The position numbers and the translations under genes are program-made. From NCBI GenBank assembly GCA_900542735.1, contig UQOS01000001.1, forward strand, positions 50,865 through 114,864: a stretch of 64,000 nucleotides of DNA, written 5' to 3'. Under the pieces are notes generated by a model that was not told where the DNA came from, did no database searches, and worked only from the letters and a program-made list of their open reading frames with translations. Position 1 is the first letter of the stretch. Each line of letters begins with the position of its first letter. The DNA comes from an uncultured Mycoplasmatota bacterium (GTDB lineage: Bacteria > Bacillota_I > Bacilli_A > RF39 > UBA660). Shown here in pieces: positions 28,976 to 39,802 of this stretch.

Positions 28976-30126
28976 TGGTCGAATCAAAAAGAAATATTCC
29001 ATTTGCAAATTTAAAACCAGTTAATGGAATGATAAGAGAAGATTTAATAGCATGCTTTGCTGATACATTGGACAAAGAGTGGTTTATTGGTGGAGAAAAA
29101 GTAAAAGAGTTTGAAGATAAGTTTGCAAAATATTGTAATGCAAAATATTGCGTTGGTGTTGGTAATGGTCTTGAATCAATAGAATTAGCCTTATTAGGGT
29201 ATGGCATTGGATCAGGTGATGAAGTTATTGTTTGTTCTCATACTTTTATAGCAAGTGCATTGGCAATTTCAAAAACTGGTGCTACCCCAATTTTTGTTGA
29301 ACCAGATTTAGATTATTGTTTAATTGATCCAACAAAAATTGAAGAAAAGATTACGCCAAACACTAAAGCTATAATTGCGGTTCAATTATATGGACAATGC
29401 TGTGATATGGATTATATTAATAATTTAGCTAAAAAATATAATTTAAAAGTAATAGAAGATGCTGCACAAGCACATGGAGCAAAATATAAAGATAGAATTG
29501 TAGGATCTTTGGCAGATGTAGCAGCGTTTAGCTTTTATCCAGGAAAAAATTTAGGGGCATTAGGTGACGCAGGAGCAATAGTAACAAATGATGAAGTATT
29601 AGCAAATAAGGTAAGAGAAATTGCTAATTATGGAGCATTTGTTAGATATCATCATAATGTTAAAGGGACAAATTCAAGATTAGATGAAATGCAGGCAGGA
29701 TTTTTATCATTAAAATTAGATCATCTTGATGAAGTAAATAACTACAGAAGAATGGTAGCACAAAAATATAGTGATGGTATAAAAAATGAAAGTATAATAC
29801 TTCCTAAAGTTGCACCAACTAATGAACACATTTGGCATTTATATACAATTAGGACTGAGGAAAGAGACTTATTAATTAAATATTTAAATGAAAATGGTAT
29901 TGGAACTAATGTACATTACCCAATACCTATTCATAAACAACAAGCATATTCAGAATATAATGATTTATATTTACCAAACGCAGAACAAATTGCATCAACA
30001 ACACTTAGCATTCCTATGTACTATGGAATGGAAGATGAAGATATATCTTATGTTATTGAAAAACTAAACAACTATGATATGGAAAAGGAAAAAGAAAAAT
30101 CAAAAGTGTTGATTAACAAAATATAA
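28975..30126 (+). CDS. DegT/DnrJ/EryC1-family PLP sugar aminotransferase (FdtB-like, dTDP-3-keto-6-deoxyhexose 3-aminotransferase)
   Basis: [44 protein letters not shown] contains the catalytic Lys region (SFYPGKNLG) of the DegT family. Confidence 0.75.
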   Translation: MVESKRNIPFANLKPVNGMIREDLIACFADTLDKEWFIGGEKVKEFEDKFAKYCNAKYCVGVGNGLESIELALLGYGIGSGDEVIVCSHTFIASALAISKTGATPIFVEPDLDYCLIDPTKIEEKITPNTKAIIAVQLYGQCCDMDYINNLAKKYNLKVIEDAAQAHGAKYKDRIVGSLADVAAFSFYPGKNLGALGDAGAIVTNDEVLANKVREIANYGAFVRYHHNVKGTNSRLDEMQAGFLSLKLDHLDEVNNYRRMVAQKYSDGIKNESIILPKVAPTNEHIWHLYTIRTEERDLLIKYLNENGIGTNVHYPIPIHKQQAYSEYNDLYLPNAEQIASTTLSIPMYYGMEDEDISYVIEKLNNYDMEKEKEKSKVLINKI

Positions 30127-30133
30127 AAAATGA

Positions 30134-30166
30134 AACCTTGTTCTCATTATGATACAAGGTTTTTTA
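30134..30166. terminator. Rho-independent terminator after the fdt genes
   Basis: AAACCTTG-(14 nt)-CAAGGTTTTTT hairpin plus a T-tract. Confidence 0.55.
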
Positions 30167-30489
30167 ATAATTAATTATTGATTACCTGGACAGGTTTAAT
30201 AATACCTGAGTATATGTTAATTTGGTAACCTATAGTTTTAAATTTTGAGTGTGAGAAGTTATAATTATTAGTTATAACTATTAAAAGAAGATTATAGAAA
30301 TTAGTATAGAGAAAAGTATTATAATGAAAATGAAACTATTAATAGTATGAAACTATTAAATACTATATTTAAAATGTTAAAAAATGGACCGATGATATTA
30401 TAAGATAAAAAAGTAGTAAACATAAGTGTTTTATCTATAATATTAAATATGATATAATGAAGATGTATAGAATAGGAGGAAGTGATTTG

Positions 30490-31242
30490 ATGGCAGTAAA
30501 AAATAGAAAAAATAGCAAATATGCAATAATAGTAGATAATGTATCAAAAGAATTTAAATTGGTATATGATAAGCCATATACTTTAAAAGAGAGATTAGTG
30601 TTTTGGAATAAAACAAAAGTTGGAAAACATCAAGTATTAAAAAATATTAATTTGAAGATAGAAAAGGGAGAAACAGTAGCTTTAATTGGTGTTAATGGAA
30701 GTGGTAAGAGTACATTGCTTAAATTAATGACAAAGATAATTTATCCTACTTCAGGAACTATAACAACAAATGGCAAATTAACATCATTACTTGAATTAGG
30801 AGCAGGTTTTCACCCTGATTTTACAGGAAGAGAAAATATATATTTTAATGCATCAATCTTTGGATTAACAGCTGCTGAAATTGACAAAAGAGTACAAGAC
30901 ATAATTGATTTTTCAGAATTAGGTGAATTTATAGATGCACCAGTTAGAACATATTCTTCAGGAATGTATATGAGACTTGCATTTTCTGTAGCTATAAATG
31001 TTGATGCTGAAATATTATTAATTGATGAAATTTTAGCAGTAGGTGATCAGCATTTTCAAGACAAATGCTTTGAAAAAATGCAAGAGTTAAGAAATAGTGG
31101 TAAAACAATTGTAATTGTAAGTCATTCATTAAACTCAATACAAAAATTATGTGATAGAGCTATTTGGATATATAATGGTGAAGTTAAATTGGATGGGAAA
31201 ACAAAAGAAGTATGCGAAGAATATATGAGGGTGTGTGGTTAG
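30490..31242 (+). CDS. Polysaccharide/teichoic-acid ABC exporter ATP-binding protein (TagH/Wzt-like, no C-terminal carbohydrate-binding domain)
   Basis: Walker A GVNGSGKSTLLK, signature YSSGMYMRLAF, Walker B ILLIDEILAVGD. RBS AGGAGG upstream of the ATG at 30490. Confidence 0.8.
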   Translation: MAVKNRKNSKYAIIVDNVSKEFKLVYDKPYTLKERLVFWNKTKVGKHQVLKNINLKIEKGETVALIGVNGSGKSTLLKLMTKIIYPTSGTITTNGKLTSLLELGAGFHPDFTGRENIYFNASIFGLTAAEIDKRVQDIIDFSELGEFIDAPVRTYSSGMYMRLAFSVAINVDAEILLIDEILAVGDQHFQDKCFEKMQELRNSGKTIVIVSHSLNSIQKLCDRAIWIYNGEVKLDGKTKEVCEEYMRVCG

Positions 31243-32026
31243 AATGATAAAAGAATTAATAAATAATTTATATAATTATAGGCAACTTTTAAAAAGTAAT
31301 GTTCAAAAAGAAATTAGGGGAAAATATAAAGGATCCTTTTTAGGAGTGCTTTGGTCATTTGTAAATCCTTTGTTAATGACATTAGTATATGCAATTGTAT
31401 TTCCATTAATTTTAAAAAATACTGAACCTCATTATGTTACATATTTAGTTATAGGAATTTTACCTTGGAATTACTTTACGACAGTAATAGGGCAAGGCAC
31501 AAATACTATTTTAGTTAATGGTGGAATTTTAAAAAAAGTATATTTTCCACGAGAAATATTACCGATTTCAGTAAACTTAAGTGGAATTATTAATTTCTTA
31601 ATATCATGTCTAGTAATGTGTTTATTCTTAATATGTAGTGGAATAGGATTTAGTTGGAATATTTTATTTTTTCCATTAATTTTATTAGCTCAATTCATTC
31701 TTTTACAAGGAATAATATTTATAACTTGTGCTATTAATGTTTATGTTAGAGATCTTGAATATATTATTAATTTTATTATTAGTATGTTATTTTATGCAAC
31801 ACCAGTTTTATATTCAGCTAGCATGTTTAGTGGTAGTAAGTTAGAATGGATTATAAAATTAAATCCAATGGCTACTATTATCAATTCTTATCGTGATATT
31901 TTCTATTATCAAACAATGCCTAATATAAAAATGTTATTACTTGTTTTAATTGCAGGAATTGTATTATTATATGTTGGATTAAGAGTATTTAGAAAATTAG
32001 AAAAAGGTTTTGCAGAGGAATTATAA
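31235..32026 (+). CDS. ABC-2 type polysaccharide exporter permease (TagG/Wzm-like)
   Basis: 263 aa with 6 TM helices and an N-terminal YRQLLKSNVQKEIRGKYKGSFLGVLWSFVNPLL typical of ABC-2 permeases. Translationally coupled to the ATPase gene. Confidence 0.75.
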   Translation: MVRMIKELINNLYNYRQLLKSNVQKEIRGKYKGSFLGVLWSFVNPLLMTLVYAIVFPLILKNTEPHYVTYLVIGILPWNYFTTVIGQGTNTILVNGGILKKVYFPREILPISVNLSGIINFLISCLVMCLFLICSGIGFSWNILFFPLILLAQFILLQGIIFITCAINVYVRDLEYIINFIISMLFYATPVLYSASMFSGSKLEWIIKLNPMATIINSYRDIFYYQTMPNIKMLLLVLIAGIVLLYVGLRVFRKLEKGFAEEL

Positions 32027-32870
32027 TATGAAATTAGCAGGGGTAGTAGTATGGTATAATCCATCAAAAAAAGATATAAAAAATATAGATAGTTATATTA
32101 AAGCGGTCGATAAATTGTATATAGTTGATAATTCTGAAAATGGAAGCAATGAATCAAAAATACCAAATTCAAAGAAAGTAGAGTATATATACCAAAATGA
32201 AAATTTAGGTATTGCGAAAGCATTAAATATAGCTTGTTATAAAGCAATCAAAGAAAAATATAAATTTATTTTAACAATGGATCAAGATAGTTGCTTTAAG
32301 TCAAATGATGTAGATAAAATGAAAACTAAAATTTCTAGTTTAGATTTAAGTAAAATAGGAATAATTAGTCCTTGGCATAAAACTAAATTAAAATTAGAAA
32401 AACCAAAAGATGAAATTGATTATCCATTAGATGTAATGACATCAGGAAATATTTTAAATCTAGATATTTTTCAAAAAATAGGTGGTTTTAAGGAATTTCT
32501 ATTTATTGATGGTGTTGATATTGAATACTGTTTAAATCTTAAGAAGAATGGCTATAAAGTAATGAGAATAAATAGCATTGAACTGCAGCATGATTTAGGT
32601 GATATTTTCTATAGAAACTTTTTAGGAAAAGAATTTATGTGCGATAATCATAATTATCTAAGAATATATTATATGACTAGAAATTATCGTTATATTAGAA
32701 AAGAATATAGAAATATTGCTCCGGAGTTTTGTGATATTTTAGTAAAAATAAAAGGTTTAATTTTCAAAATAGTATTTTATGAAAAAGATAAATTTAGAAA
32801 ATTAAGAAGCATTGTGTTTGGAATATATGATTATAAACATAATAATTATGGTAAATACCAAGGTAGGTGA
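32010..32870 (+). CDS. Family 2 glycosyltransferase
   Basis: AGVVVWYNPSKKD...LYIVDNS and TMDQDS are GT2 DxD-type motifs. Confidence 0.7.
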   Translation: MQRNYNMKLAGVVVWYNPSKKDIKNIDSYIKAVDKLYIVDNSENGSNESKIPNSKKVEYIYQNENLGIAKALNIACYKAIKEKYKFILTMDQDSCFKSNDVDKMKTKISSLDLSKIGIISPWHKTKLKLEKPKDEIDYPLDVMTSGNILNLDIFQKIGGFKEFLFIDGVDIEYCLNLKKNGYKVMRINSIELQHDLGDIFYRNFLGKEFMCDNHNYLRIYYMTRNYRYIRKEYRNIAPEFCDILVKIKGLIFKIVFYEKDKFRKLRSIVFGIYDYKHNNYGKYQGR

Positions 32871-32874
32871 GAAA

Positions 32875-35043
32875 ATGGCTGATATTAAATATTTATTAGA
32901 TAAATCTAAGGAGACAATTCAAGAAGAAGGAGTTGTTGGATTTATAAAGAAAACAGGACGTTATGTAACAGGACATAAGAATCCAGTAAAAAATGTTAAT
33001 TGCTATAAAGATGTTCTATTTATAAATGGGTGTACTTTACCTCACCCAACTAGATATAGAGTAGATCATCAAATGGAACAACTTTTAGCAAATGGTTATA
33101 CAACTGATACTATTTTTTATGAAGATTTAACTTTAGAACAAGAAAAATATTATAAGACCTTTGTGTTTTTTAGATGCCCAATAACCGAAACTATAGAAAA
33201 GTTTATTACTTTAGCTAAAAAACAAAATAAAGTTATTTTTTATGATATTGATGATTTAGTTTTTGATAAAGAATATACAAAGACTATAAAACATTTAAAA
33301 ACATTAAATAAAGATGAATTAGATTTATATTATGATGGTGTAAAAAGAATGGGACAAACTCTAAAACTATGTGATTATGCTATTACTACTACACCAACAT
33401 TAGCAAATGAATTAAGAAAATATGTTAAAGATGTATTTATAAATCGTAATGTAGCATCAGAAAAAATGACAGAGCTATCTATTCGTGCAATCAAAAATAT
33501 AAATAAAGATAATTCAAAGGTTATTATAGGCTATCTAAGTGGAAGTATAACTCATAATGCTGACTTTGAACTAATTTTACCAGTCATTGAAAAAATCATG
33601 GAAAAATATAATGATGTATATCTAAAAGTAGTTGGATTATTAGATATTCCAAAAGAATTACAAAGATTTTCTGATAGAATTTTAACTGCACCTTTTGTAT
33701 CATGGAAAAAGCTACCTGAAATTATAGCATCTATAGATATTAATTTAGCACCACTTGAAGATAGTATTTTTAACGAAGCAAAATCAGAAAACAAATGGAT
33801 AGAAGCAGCTTTATGTAAAATACCAACTGTTGCTTCTAATATAGGTGCTTTTAAAGAAATGATTCAAAATAAACAAGATGGATTTTTATGTTCAAATGAA
33901 GAAGAATGGTTTCAGGTGCTTGAAGAATTAGTAGTAAGTTTAGATTTACGAAATAGTATTGGAACAAATGCATATAATCGAGTAACTAAAAATAATGTTA
34001 CTACTTACACCGGCTATTCTTTAACAAAATTTATTTCCAGTAAGTTACCAAAAACAATAGCCTTTGTGTTACCAACAACTAATATTAGTGGTGGAGTGAA
34101 TGTAATATTAAAGCACTGTAGTATTTTGAAAAATGTAGGTATGAATGTATTTATTATTAATTCTGATAAAGTAAACGATAATATTATAAATAATGATGGT
34201 GAAATAGAAGTTATTTCCAATGTAACTAGTAAAATAGATGCCAAAATAGATGTAATGGTTGCTTCTCTTTGGGCTACTTTAGATTATGTGAAAAAGTATC
34301 CTAAGGTATTAGAAAAAGCATACTTAGTTCAAAATTTTGAAACTGATTTTATGAAATATGGTGATTATGGAAAAATTATAGCAAATTCTACTTATAGTTA
34401 TGATGATATAAAATACATCACAATATCTAAATGGTGCCAAAATTGGTTAGAAAATAAGTATGAAAGAAAAGTATCATTTATAAGAAATGGAATTAATTTA
34501 AATCAATTTCCATATAAAAAAAGAAAATTTAATAAAAAAATTAAAATTTTAGTAGAAGGAAATAGTGATGACTACTATAAAAATGTTGATGAGAGTTTTA
34601 AAATAGTCGAAAAACTTGATAAGAGCAAGTATGAAATTCAATTTTTATCTTATCAAGGAAAGCCTAAAAATTGGTATTATGTTGATAAATTTATGCATCG
34701 TGTTCCTTACGATCAGGTTGGAAAAGTTTATCAAGATGCGGACATTTTAATTAAATCTAGTATTTTAGAGAGTTTTTCTTACCCACCACTTGAAATGATG
34801 GCTACTGGTGGTGTTTGTGTAGTAGTTCCAAACGATGGTAATATTGAATATCTAAAAGATGAAGAAAATTGTTTGTTTTATGAAAAAGGGAATATAGATC
34901 AAGCCGTACAACAAATAGAAAGATTATCAAATGATAAGAAGTTGCGTGATCATTTAATTAAAGAAGGCATTAAAACAGCTAAAAGTAGAAATTGGAAAGA
35001 AATAGAAAAGGAAATAGTGGAAGTGTATGTTGGAAATAAATAA
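32875..35043 (+). CDS. Large dual-domain glycosyltransferase (two GT-B/GT4-like modules)
   Basis: Second module ends with ESFSYPPLEMMATGGVCVVVPNDGNIEYLKDEENCLFYE (GT4 E-x7-E motif). The first module has its own nucleotide-sugar-binding-like region (DINLAPLEDSIFNEAKSENKWIEAALCKIPTVAS). ATG at 32875 with RBS GGTAGGTGAG. Confidence 0.65.
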   Translation: MADIKYLLDKSKETIQEEGVVGFIKKTGRYVTGHKNPVKNVNCYKDVLFINGCTLPHPTRYRVDHQMEQLLANGYTTDTIFYEDLTLEQEKYYKTFVFFRCPITETIEKFITLAKKQNKVIFYDIDDLVFDKEYTKTIKHLKTLNKDELDLYYDGVKRMGQTLKLCDYAITTTPTLANELRKYVKDVFINRNVASEKMTELSIRAIKNINKDNSKVIIGYLSGSITHNADFELILPVIEKIMEKYNDVYLKVVGLLDIPKELQRFSDRILTAPFVSWKKLPEIIASIDINLAPLEDSIFNEAKSENKWIEAALCKIPTVASNIGAFKEMIQNKQDGFLCSNEEEWFQVLEELVVSLDLRNSIGTNAYNRVTKNNVTTYTGYSLTKFISSKLPKTIAFVLPTTNISGGVNVILKHCSILKNVGMNVFIINSDKVNDNIINNDGEIEVISNVTSKIDAKIDVMVASLWATLDYVKKYPKVLEKAYLVQNFETDFMKYGDYGKIIANSTYSYDDIKYITISKWCQNWLENKYERKVSFIRNGINLNQFPYKKRKFNKKIKILVEGNSDDYYKNVDESFKIVEKLDKSKYEIQFLSYQGKPKNWYYVDKFMHRVPYDQVGKVYQDADILIKSSILESFSYPPLEMMATGGVCVVVPNDGNIEYLKDEENCLFYEKGNIDQAVQQIERLSNDKKLRDHLIKEGIKTAKSRNWKEIEKEIVEVYVGNK

Positions 35044-36451
35044 AAAAGGAATAAGTATAGAAAAACTTTTTGTAGTAATAGGATTGATTGTTGGTTGCAT
35101 GTTTATTTATATAATACCACCTTTTCAATCTCCAGATGAAGACAGTCATTTTAAAAAGGCTTACTCTATAGCTAATGGAAATTTATATGCTAAATCTGAA
35201 AATAAAACAATAGGTTTAGAAATACCAGAAGCTATGGATGATTATATAAATAATAAACTTTCAATGATGGGTAATAGAGAATTAAAATATAGTTATAATG
35301 ATTTTTATTATGACCAATATCTAACAAACGATTTATCAAAAACATCATTTTATAGAGTATCAACATCTGAAACTTCTCCTATTGCGCATTTAATTCCTGG
35401 AATTGGAATATTGATTGCTAAATTATTTGGATTAATTTTTTTCAAAGGTAATCCATCAATTGCATTTATGTTATCATTTGCTAGATTTTTTTCATTACTA
35501 TCATACTTAACGATTGGTTACTTTGCTATAAAATTAACACCAGCATTTAAAAAAAGCTTTTTTGCAGTTTTACTTATGCCGATGTCTATATTTTTAGGTA
35601 GCATGGTAACATATGATAATTTATTAATATCTATTACAGCATTAGCAGTAGCATCTATTTTAAAATTAACTTATGATAAAAAAGAAAAATTTGATAATAA
35701 ATGGTTTATAGTATTTGCAGTTATTGGATATATATTACTAAATGTTAAAGTAATATATGCACCAATATTAGGATTAATGTTATTTATTCCTAATGAAAGA
35801 TTTAAAAATAAGGATAAAAAAGAAAAATGGAAAACATATTTACTATTAGGTACTGTTATTATACTAGCAACGATATTATTAAAAATACCAAATTTATTGT
35901 TAGAATCTGCTAAGAGCTCTGATCTATATAGTAAACAACTTCAATATGTTTTATCACACCCACTATCATATACTAAAATCTTGCTTAATAATATTAGAGG
36001 TCAATTGATTCAACAACTATATTGGATGGTTGGTACCTTTGGTTTATTAGATACTTATTTACCACCTTTATTTATGTTTATATCTTTTATAAATTTGATA
36101 ATTGTATTTATTACTGATGGAATATCTGAAAAAATTAAAATAAATTATAAACAAAAAATAATAGTGTTATTATCTTTTATTCTTGGAGTAGTAGGTATGT
36201 ATACAGCTATGTATTTATATTGGACTGTTGATGTATTTGGTGAAGTTGGAGGCAATACTATAACGGGAGTACAAGGAAGATATTTTATTCCATTATTAAT
36301 TTCTTTACCATTATTATTTTCAAATAGTATATTTAATAGGAATAAAAAAATATTTAACTTTTCCAAAGAATATTTTAATTATTCCATCTTAATTATAATA
36401 ATTTGCCTAACGATTAGTATGCTAGTTAGTATAACAAGATTTTGGATATAA
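35027..36451 (+). CDS. Polytopic membrane protein, DUF2142/GT-C-like putative glycosyltransferase
   Basis: 474 aa with about 12 TM helices and a PDEDSHF motif in the first extracytoplasmic loop, as in GT-C enzymes. Adjacent to a GtrB-like Und-P-sugar synthase. Confidence 0.45.
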   Translation: MLEINKKGISIEKLFVVIGLIVGCMFIYIIPPFQSPDEDSHFKKAYSIANGNLYAKSENKTIGLEIPEAMDDYINNKLSMMGNRELKYSYNDFYYDQYLTNDLSKTSFYRVSTSETSPIAHLIPGIGILIAKLFGLIFFKGNPSIAFMLSFARFFSLLSYLTIGYFAIKLTPAFKKSFFAVLLMPMSIFLGSMVTYDNLLISITALAVASILKLTYDKKEKFDNKWFIVFAVIGYILLNVKVIYAPILGLMLFIPNERFKNKDKKEKWKTYLLLGTVIILATILLKIPNLLLESAKSSDLYSKQLQYVLSHPLSYTKILLNNIRGQLIQQLYWMVGTFGLLDTYLPPLFMFISFINLIIVFITDGISEKIKINYKQKIIVLLSFILGVVGMYTAMYLYWTVDVFGEVGGNTITGVQGRYFIPLLISLPLLFSNSIFNRNKKIFNFSKEYFNYSILIIIICLTISMLVSITRFWI

Positions 36452-36475
36452 AATAATTGAATGGGAAGTGATAAT

Positions 36476-37189
36476 ATGACAAAAATTTTATTAATTATTC
36501 CAGCATATAATGAAGCTGAAAATATATTAAAAGTTTATAATAGTATTCAAGATTATAATCAAAAACACCAAGCAAACTATGATATATTAGTTGTAAATGA
36601 TGGTTCTAAAGATAATACAGAAGAAATTTTGTCTAAAAATAATATCAATCATATTAAACTGGTACATAATTTAGGAATTGGTGGAGCTGTACAAACTGGG
36701 TATAAATATGCACTAGAAAATAATTATGATATTGCTATTCAATTTGATGGTGATGGTCAACATGATGTAAAGTATGTAAATACAATAGTTAAACCTATCG
36801 TAAATGGACAAGCTAATATGGTAATTGGTTCTCGTTTTATAGATAAAAATTCTAGTAGATTTAAATCATCTGCTTCTAGAAGATTAGGAATTAAAATTAT
36901 TTCTAATGTAATAAAAATAAAAACTGGAGCAAAAATATATGATACTACTAGTGGTTTCAGAGCAGTAGATTCTAAAATAATTAAAATATTTGCTGAATCT
37001 TATCCAAGAGAATATCCTGAACCAATTTCTACAGTTGATATTTTAAAGCAAGGATTAGTAGTTAAAGAGCAGCCTGTTAATATGCATGAAAGGACTGCAG
37101 GAACATCTTCAATAAAATCATGGAAAACAGCTTATTACATGATAAATGTTATACTTTCAATACTATTAATGAAAGGAAGGAATAAATAA
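36476..37189 (+). CDS. GtrB/ArnC-like family 2 glycosyltransferase (polyprenyl-phosphate sugar synthase)
   Basis: ILLIIPAYNEAENI...ILVVNDGSKDNT and ...QFDGDGQHD are GT2 motifs of the GtrB/DPM1 type. Followed by two small membrane proteins. Confidence 0.7.
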   Translation: MTKILLIIPAYNEAENILKVYNSIQDYNQKHQANYDILVVNDGSKDNTEEILSKNNINHIKLVHNLGIGGAVQTGYKYALENNYDIAIQFDGDGQHDVKYVNTIVKPIVNGQANMVIGSRFIDKNSSRFKSSASRRLGIKIISNVIKIKTGAKIYDTTSGFRAVDSKIIKIFAESYPREYPEPISTVDILKQGLVVKEQPVNMHERTAGTSSIKSWKTAYYMINVILSILLMKGRNK

Positions 37190-37190
37190 T

Positions 37191-37541
37191 ATGAGTTTTA
37201 GTTTGAGATTATTTTTAATCATATTTTCTTTAATACTTGCTTTCATTATTTTTCATTTAATATATAGAAAAAAAATTCAAATTAGCTTTTCTATCTTTTG
37301 GCTATTTTCTGCTTTACTCATATTGTTAGTTGGATTATTTCCTGATTTTATTAATATTTTCACTCGTATTATTGGGTTTGAAACTACCTCAAATTTAGTA
37401 ATAGGAATTATACTTGGAATTTTATTATTCAATACTTTGCTATTAACAATAATACTTACAGAGCAAAATAAACGAATTACTTTATTAATACAAGAAGTTT
37501 CAATTTTAAAACATGAATTAAATAAGAAAGGAAACAAATAA
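37191..37541 (+). CDS. DUF2304-like small membrane protein (3 TM helices plus a C-terminal coiled segment)
   Basis: 116 aa with three hydrophobic helices and a charged C-terminus. Typical companion of GtrB-like GT2 genes. Confidence 0.5.
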   Translation: MSFSLRLFLIIFSLILAFIIFHLIYRKKIQISFSIFWLFSALLILLVGLFPDFINIFTRIIGFETTSNLVIGIILGILLFNTLLLTIILTEQNKRITLLIQEVSILKHELNKKGNK

Positions 37542-37542
37542 T

Positions 37543-37896
37543 ATGAAGTTGATATTAACAATAATTTATATATGTATGACAACTACAGGAATCTTTTTAA
37601 TGAAATTAGGTGGCAATTCACTATCACTAACTCTACAAAATGGAATTAATTTTAAGATGGGTTATATTACCTTATTAGGGTTTCTAGCATATTTAATTAG
37701 TTTCCTATTATGGCAAAAACTATTAGTAACATTTGACCTTAGTTATATTGTACCGATCACAACAGGTATCTCACAAATTATTATCTTATTATTAGGCGTT
37801 CTATTCTTTAAAGAACAAATTAATTGGGTAGGCGTAGTTGGTGTTATTATTACGATTATTGGTATTACCTTAATTGGATTTGGAAAGAAAATGTAA
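37543..37896 (+). CDS. SMR/EamA-like 4-TM small transporter (putative Und-P-sugar flippase subunit, GtrA/ArnE-like role)
   Basis: 117 aa with four TM helices. Located after a GtrB-like gene. Confidence 0.5.
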   Translation: MKLILTIIYICMTTTGIFLMKLGGNSLSLTLQNGINFKMGYITLLGFLAYLISFLLWQKLLVTFDLSYIVPITTGISQIIILLLGVLFFKEQINWVGVVGVIITIIGITLIGFGKKM

Positions 37897-37914
37897 TAAA
37901 AAGTAGGAGTGAGA

Positions 37915-38682
37915 ATGAAAATAACGATAATAACTGTTTGTTATAATTCAGGAAAAACAATTAAAGATACAATAGAATCCGTATTAGCTCAGAATTATAA
38001 GAATTTTGAATATATCATTATAGATGGTAAAAGTAAAGATAATACTGTTGACATAATAAAGTCATATGAACCAAAATTTAATGGAAAAATGAAATGGATT
38101 TCTGAAAAAGATAAAGGTATCTATGATGCTATGAATAAGGGAGTAAAACTTGCTAGTGGTGATATTATAGGACTTATTAATGCTGATGATATTTTAGCTA
38201 CTCCTAATGCTTTTCAAATAATAGTAGATACTTTTAAAAATGAAAACTGTGATGGAACTTATTCTAATTTAAGAGTTTTAGATGGAAATATGAAAAAAGT
38301 AATTAGGGTATTTAAACCTAAAAAAGGAAATTATAAATTAGGGTGGTATCCACCTCACCCAACACTTTATCTAAAAAAAGATGTTTATGATAAAATTGGT
38401 CTCTATAGCTTGGATTATAAAATAGCAGCTGATTATGACTTAATGATAAGAGTTATGAAAGATAGTGATATAAAACTATCTTATATTAAAGAAGTATTAG
38501 TTTATATGCGTGGTGGTGGTGTAAGTACCAATGGAATTAATGGTTACTATAAAAGTTTTAATGAATCATTACAAGTATTAAAAGAAAATAAAATAAAATT
38601 TCCAGTAATTGTAAATTTAATTAGAACAGTAGTTATATTTAATCAATCACTAAAAGCAAAACTAAAAAACAATAGTAATTAA
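37915..38682 (+). CDS. Family 2 glycosyltransferase
   Basis: KITIITVCYNSGKTIKDTIESVLAQNYKNFEYIIIDGKSKDNT is a GT2 motif. RBS AGGAGTGAG upstream. Confidence 0.7.
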   Translation: MKITIITVCYNSGKTIKDTIESVLAQNYKNFEYIIIDGKSKDNTVDIIKSYEPKFNGKMKWISEKDKGIYDAMNKGVKLASGDIIGLINADDILATPNAFQIIVDTFKNENCDGTYSNLRVLDGNMKKVIRVFKPKKGNYKLGWYPPHPTLYLKKDVYDKIGLYSLDYKIAADYDLMIRVMKDSDIKLSYIKEVLVYMRGGGVSTNGINGYYKSFNESLQVLKENKIKFPVIVNLIRTVVIFNQSLKAKLKNNSN

Positions 38683-38696
38683 TAATAGGGGGTATT

Positions 38697-39743
38697 ATGA
38701 AAAAAGAAGTAAAACTTAGTATTATTGTACCATGTTATAAAGTAGAAAAATATTTGCCAAGATGCTTAGACTCATTGTTGAATCAGACTTTAGAAGAAAT
38801 TGAAGTAATATGTATAAATGATGGTTCTCCAGATAATTGTTTAAAAATATTAAAAGAATACCAAAAGAAATATTCTTCCAAATTGGTAATCATTGATAAA
38901 AAGAATGAAGGCGTTTGGCGTGGAAGAAAAGATGGTATCAAGAAAGCAAAAGGAGAATTTATAGGATTCGTAGATAGCGATGATTATGTAGCACTAGATT
39001 TTGCAGAAAAATTATATAATGCTGCTAAGAAAAATCATGCTGATATTTCAGTATGTGGATTTGATAGAATTGATTTAGAGACTGGAAAGTTATATTCAAG
39101 AGAAATGTGTTACCCAGAAACTAAAATTATTGAAATGAATAAAAATCCAGAAGACGTACTGATGATAAATGGTGCACCATGGAATAAAATATATAAGGCA
39201 AATTTATTAAAAAAAATGGCAGAACTTAAACACCCACCTAGAATATTAGATGATATGATGTTTTTACTTTTGATCTATATCAATGCAAATAAAATTACTT
39301 TTATTCCAGATAGTTTAGTTTATTATATGGTAAGAACAGATTCTATTATTAATACCATAAGAAAAGAACAAGTAGAATCAACATATTTAGCTATGACTGA
39401 AGTAAGAAGAGTCTATGAAAATAGTGATCGTCGTGTAACAATGTTACCAGTTTTAGATTCTATGGCTTTTCTTCATTTGGGGATTTCTCTAATGTTTAGA
39501 CTTTCTAATGATAAAGAATGTAATTTAAAAGAAGCAATAAGAACAAATAATAAGTTTTTAGACGATTGGTTTCCTACTTGGAGATATAGTAAATTTATTA
39601 AATTATCTTATATGTTTAAACATGGATTTAATAATTTAAAAATATGGATTGTTAAAATGTGTTATAAATTTCATTTGTTTAGAGCCTTCTTAAAAGTTTA
39701 CAATTTTATGATTACAAAATTAAAAATCGATATAAAATGGTAG
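38697..39743 (+). CDS. Family 2 glycosyltransferase
   Basis: LSIIVPCYKVEKYLPRCLDSLLNQTLEEIEVICINDGSPDN and GFVDSDD are GT2 motifs. Confidence 0.7.
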   Translation: MKKEVKLSIIVPCYKVEKYLPRCLDSLLNQTLEEIEVICINDGSPDNCLKILKEYQKKYSSKLVIIDKKNEGVWRGRKDGIKKAKGEFIGFVDSDDYVALDFAEKLYNAAKKNHADISVCGFDRIDLETGKLYSREMCYPETKIIEMNKNPEDVLMINGAPWNKIYKANLLKKMAELKHPPRILDDMMFLLLIYINANKITFIPDSLVYYMVRTDSIINTIRKEQVESTYLAMTEVRRVYENSDRRVTMLPVLDSMAFLHLGISLMFRLSNDKECNLKEAIRTNNKFLDDWFPTWRYSKFIKLSYMFKHGFNNLKIWIVKMCYKFHLFRAFLKVYNFMITKLKIDIKW

Positions 39744-39802
39744 AAAGAATAATTCTTTCTCTTTTTTTCTTTAATATATAGTATAATAAAGTTAATAGGT
39801 AG

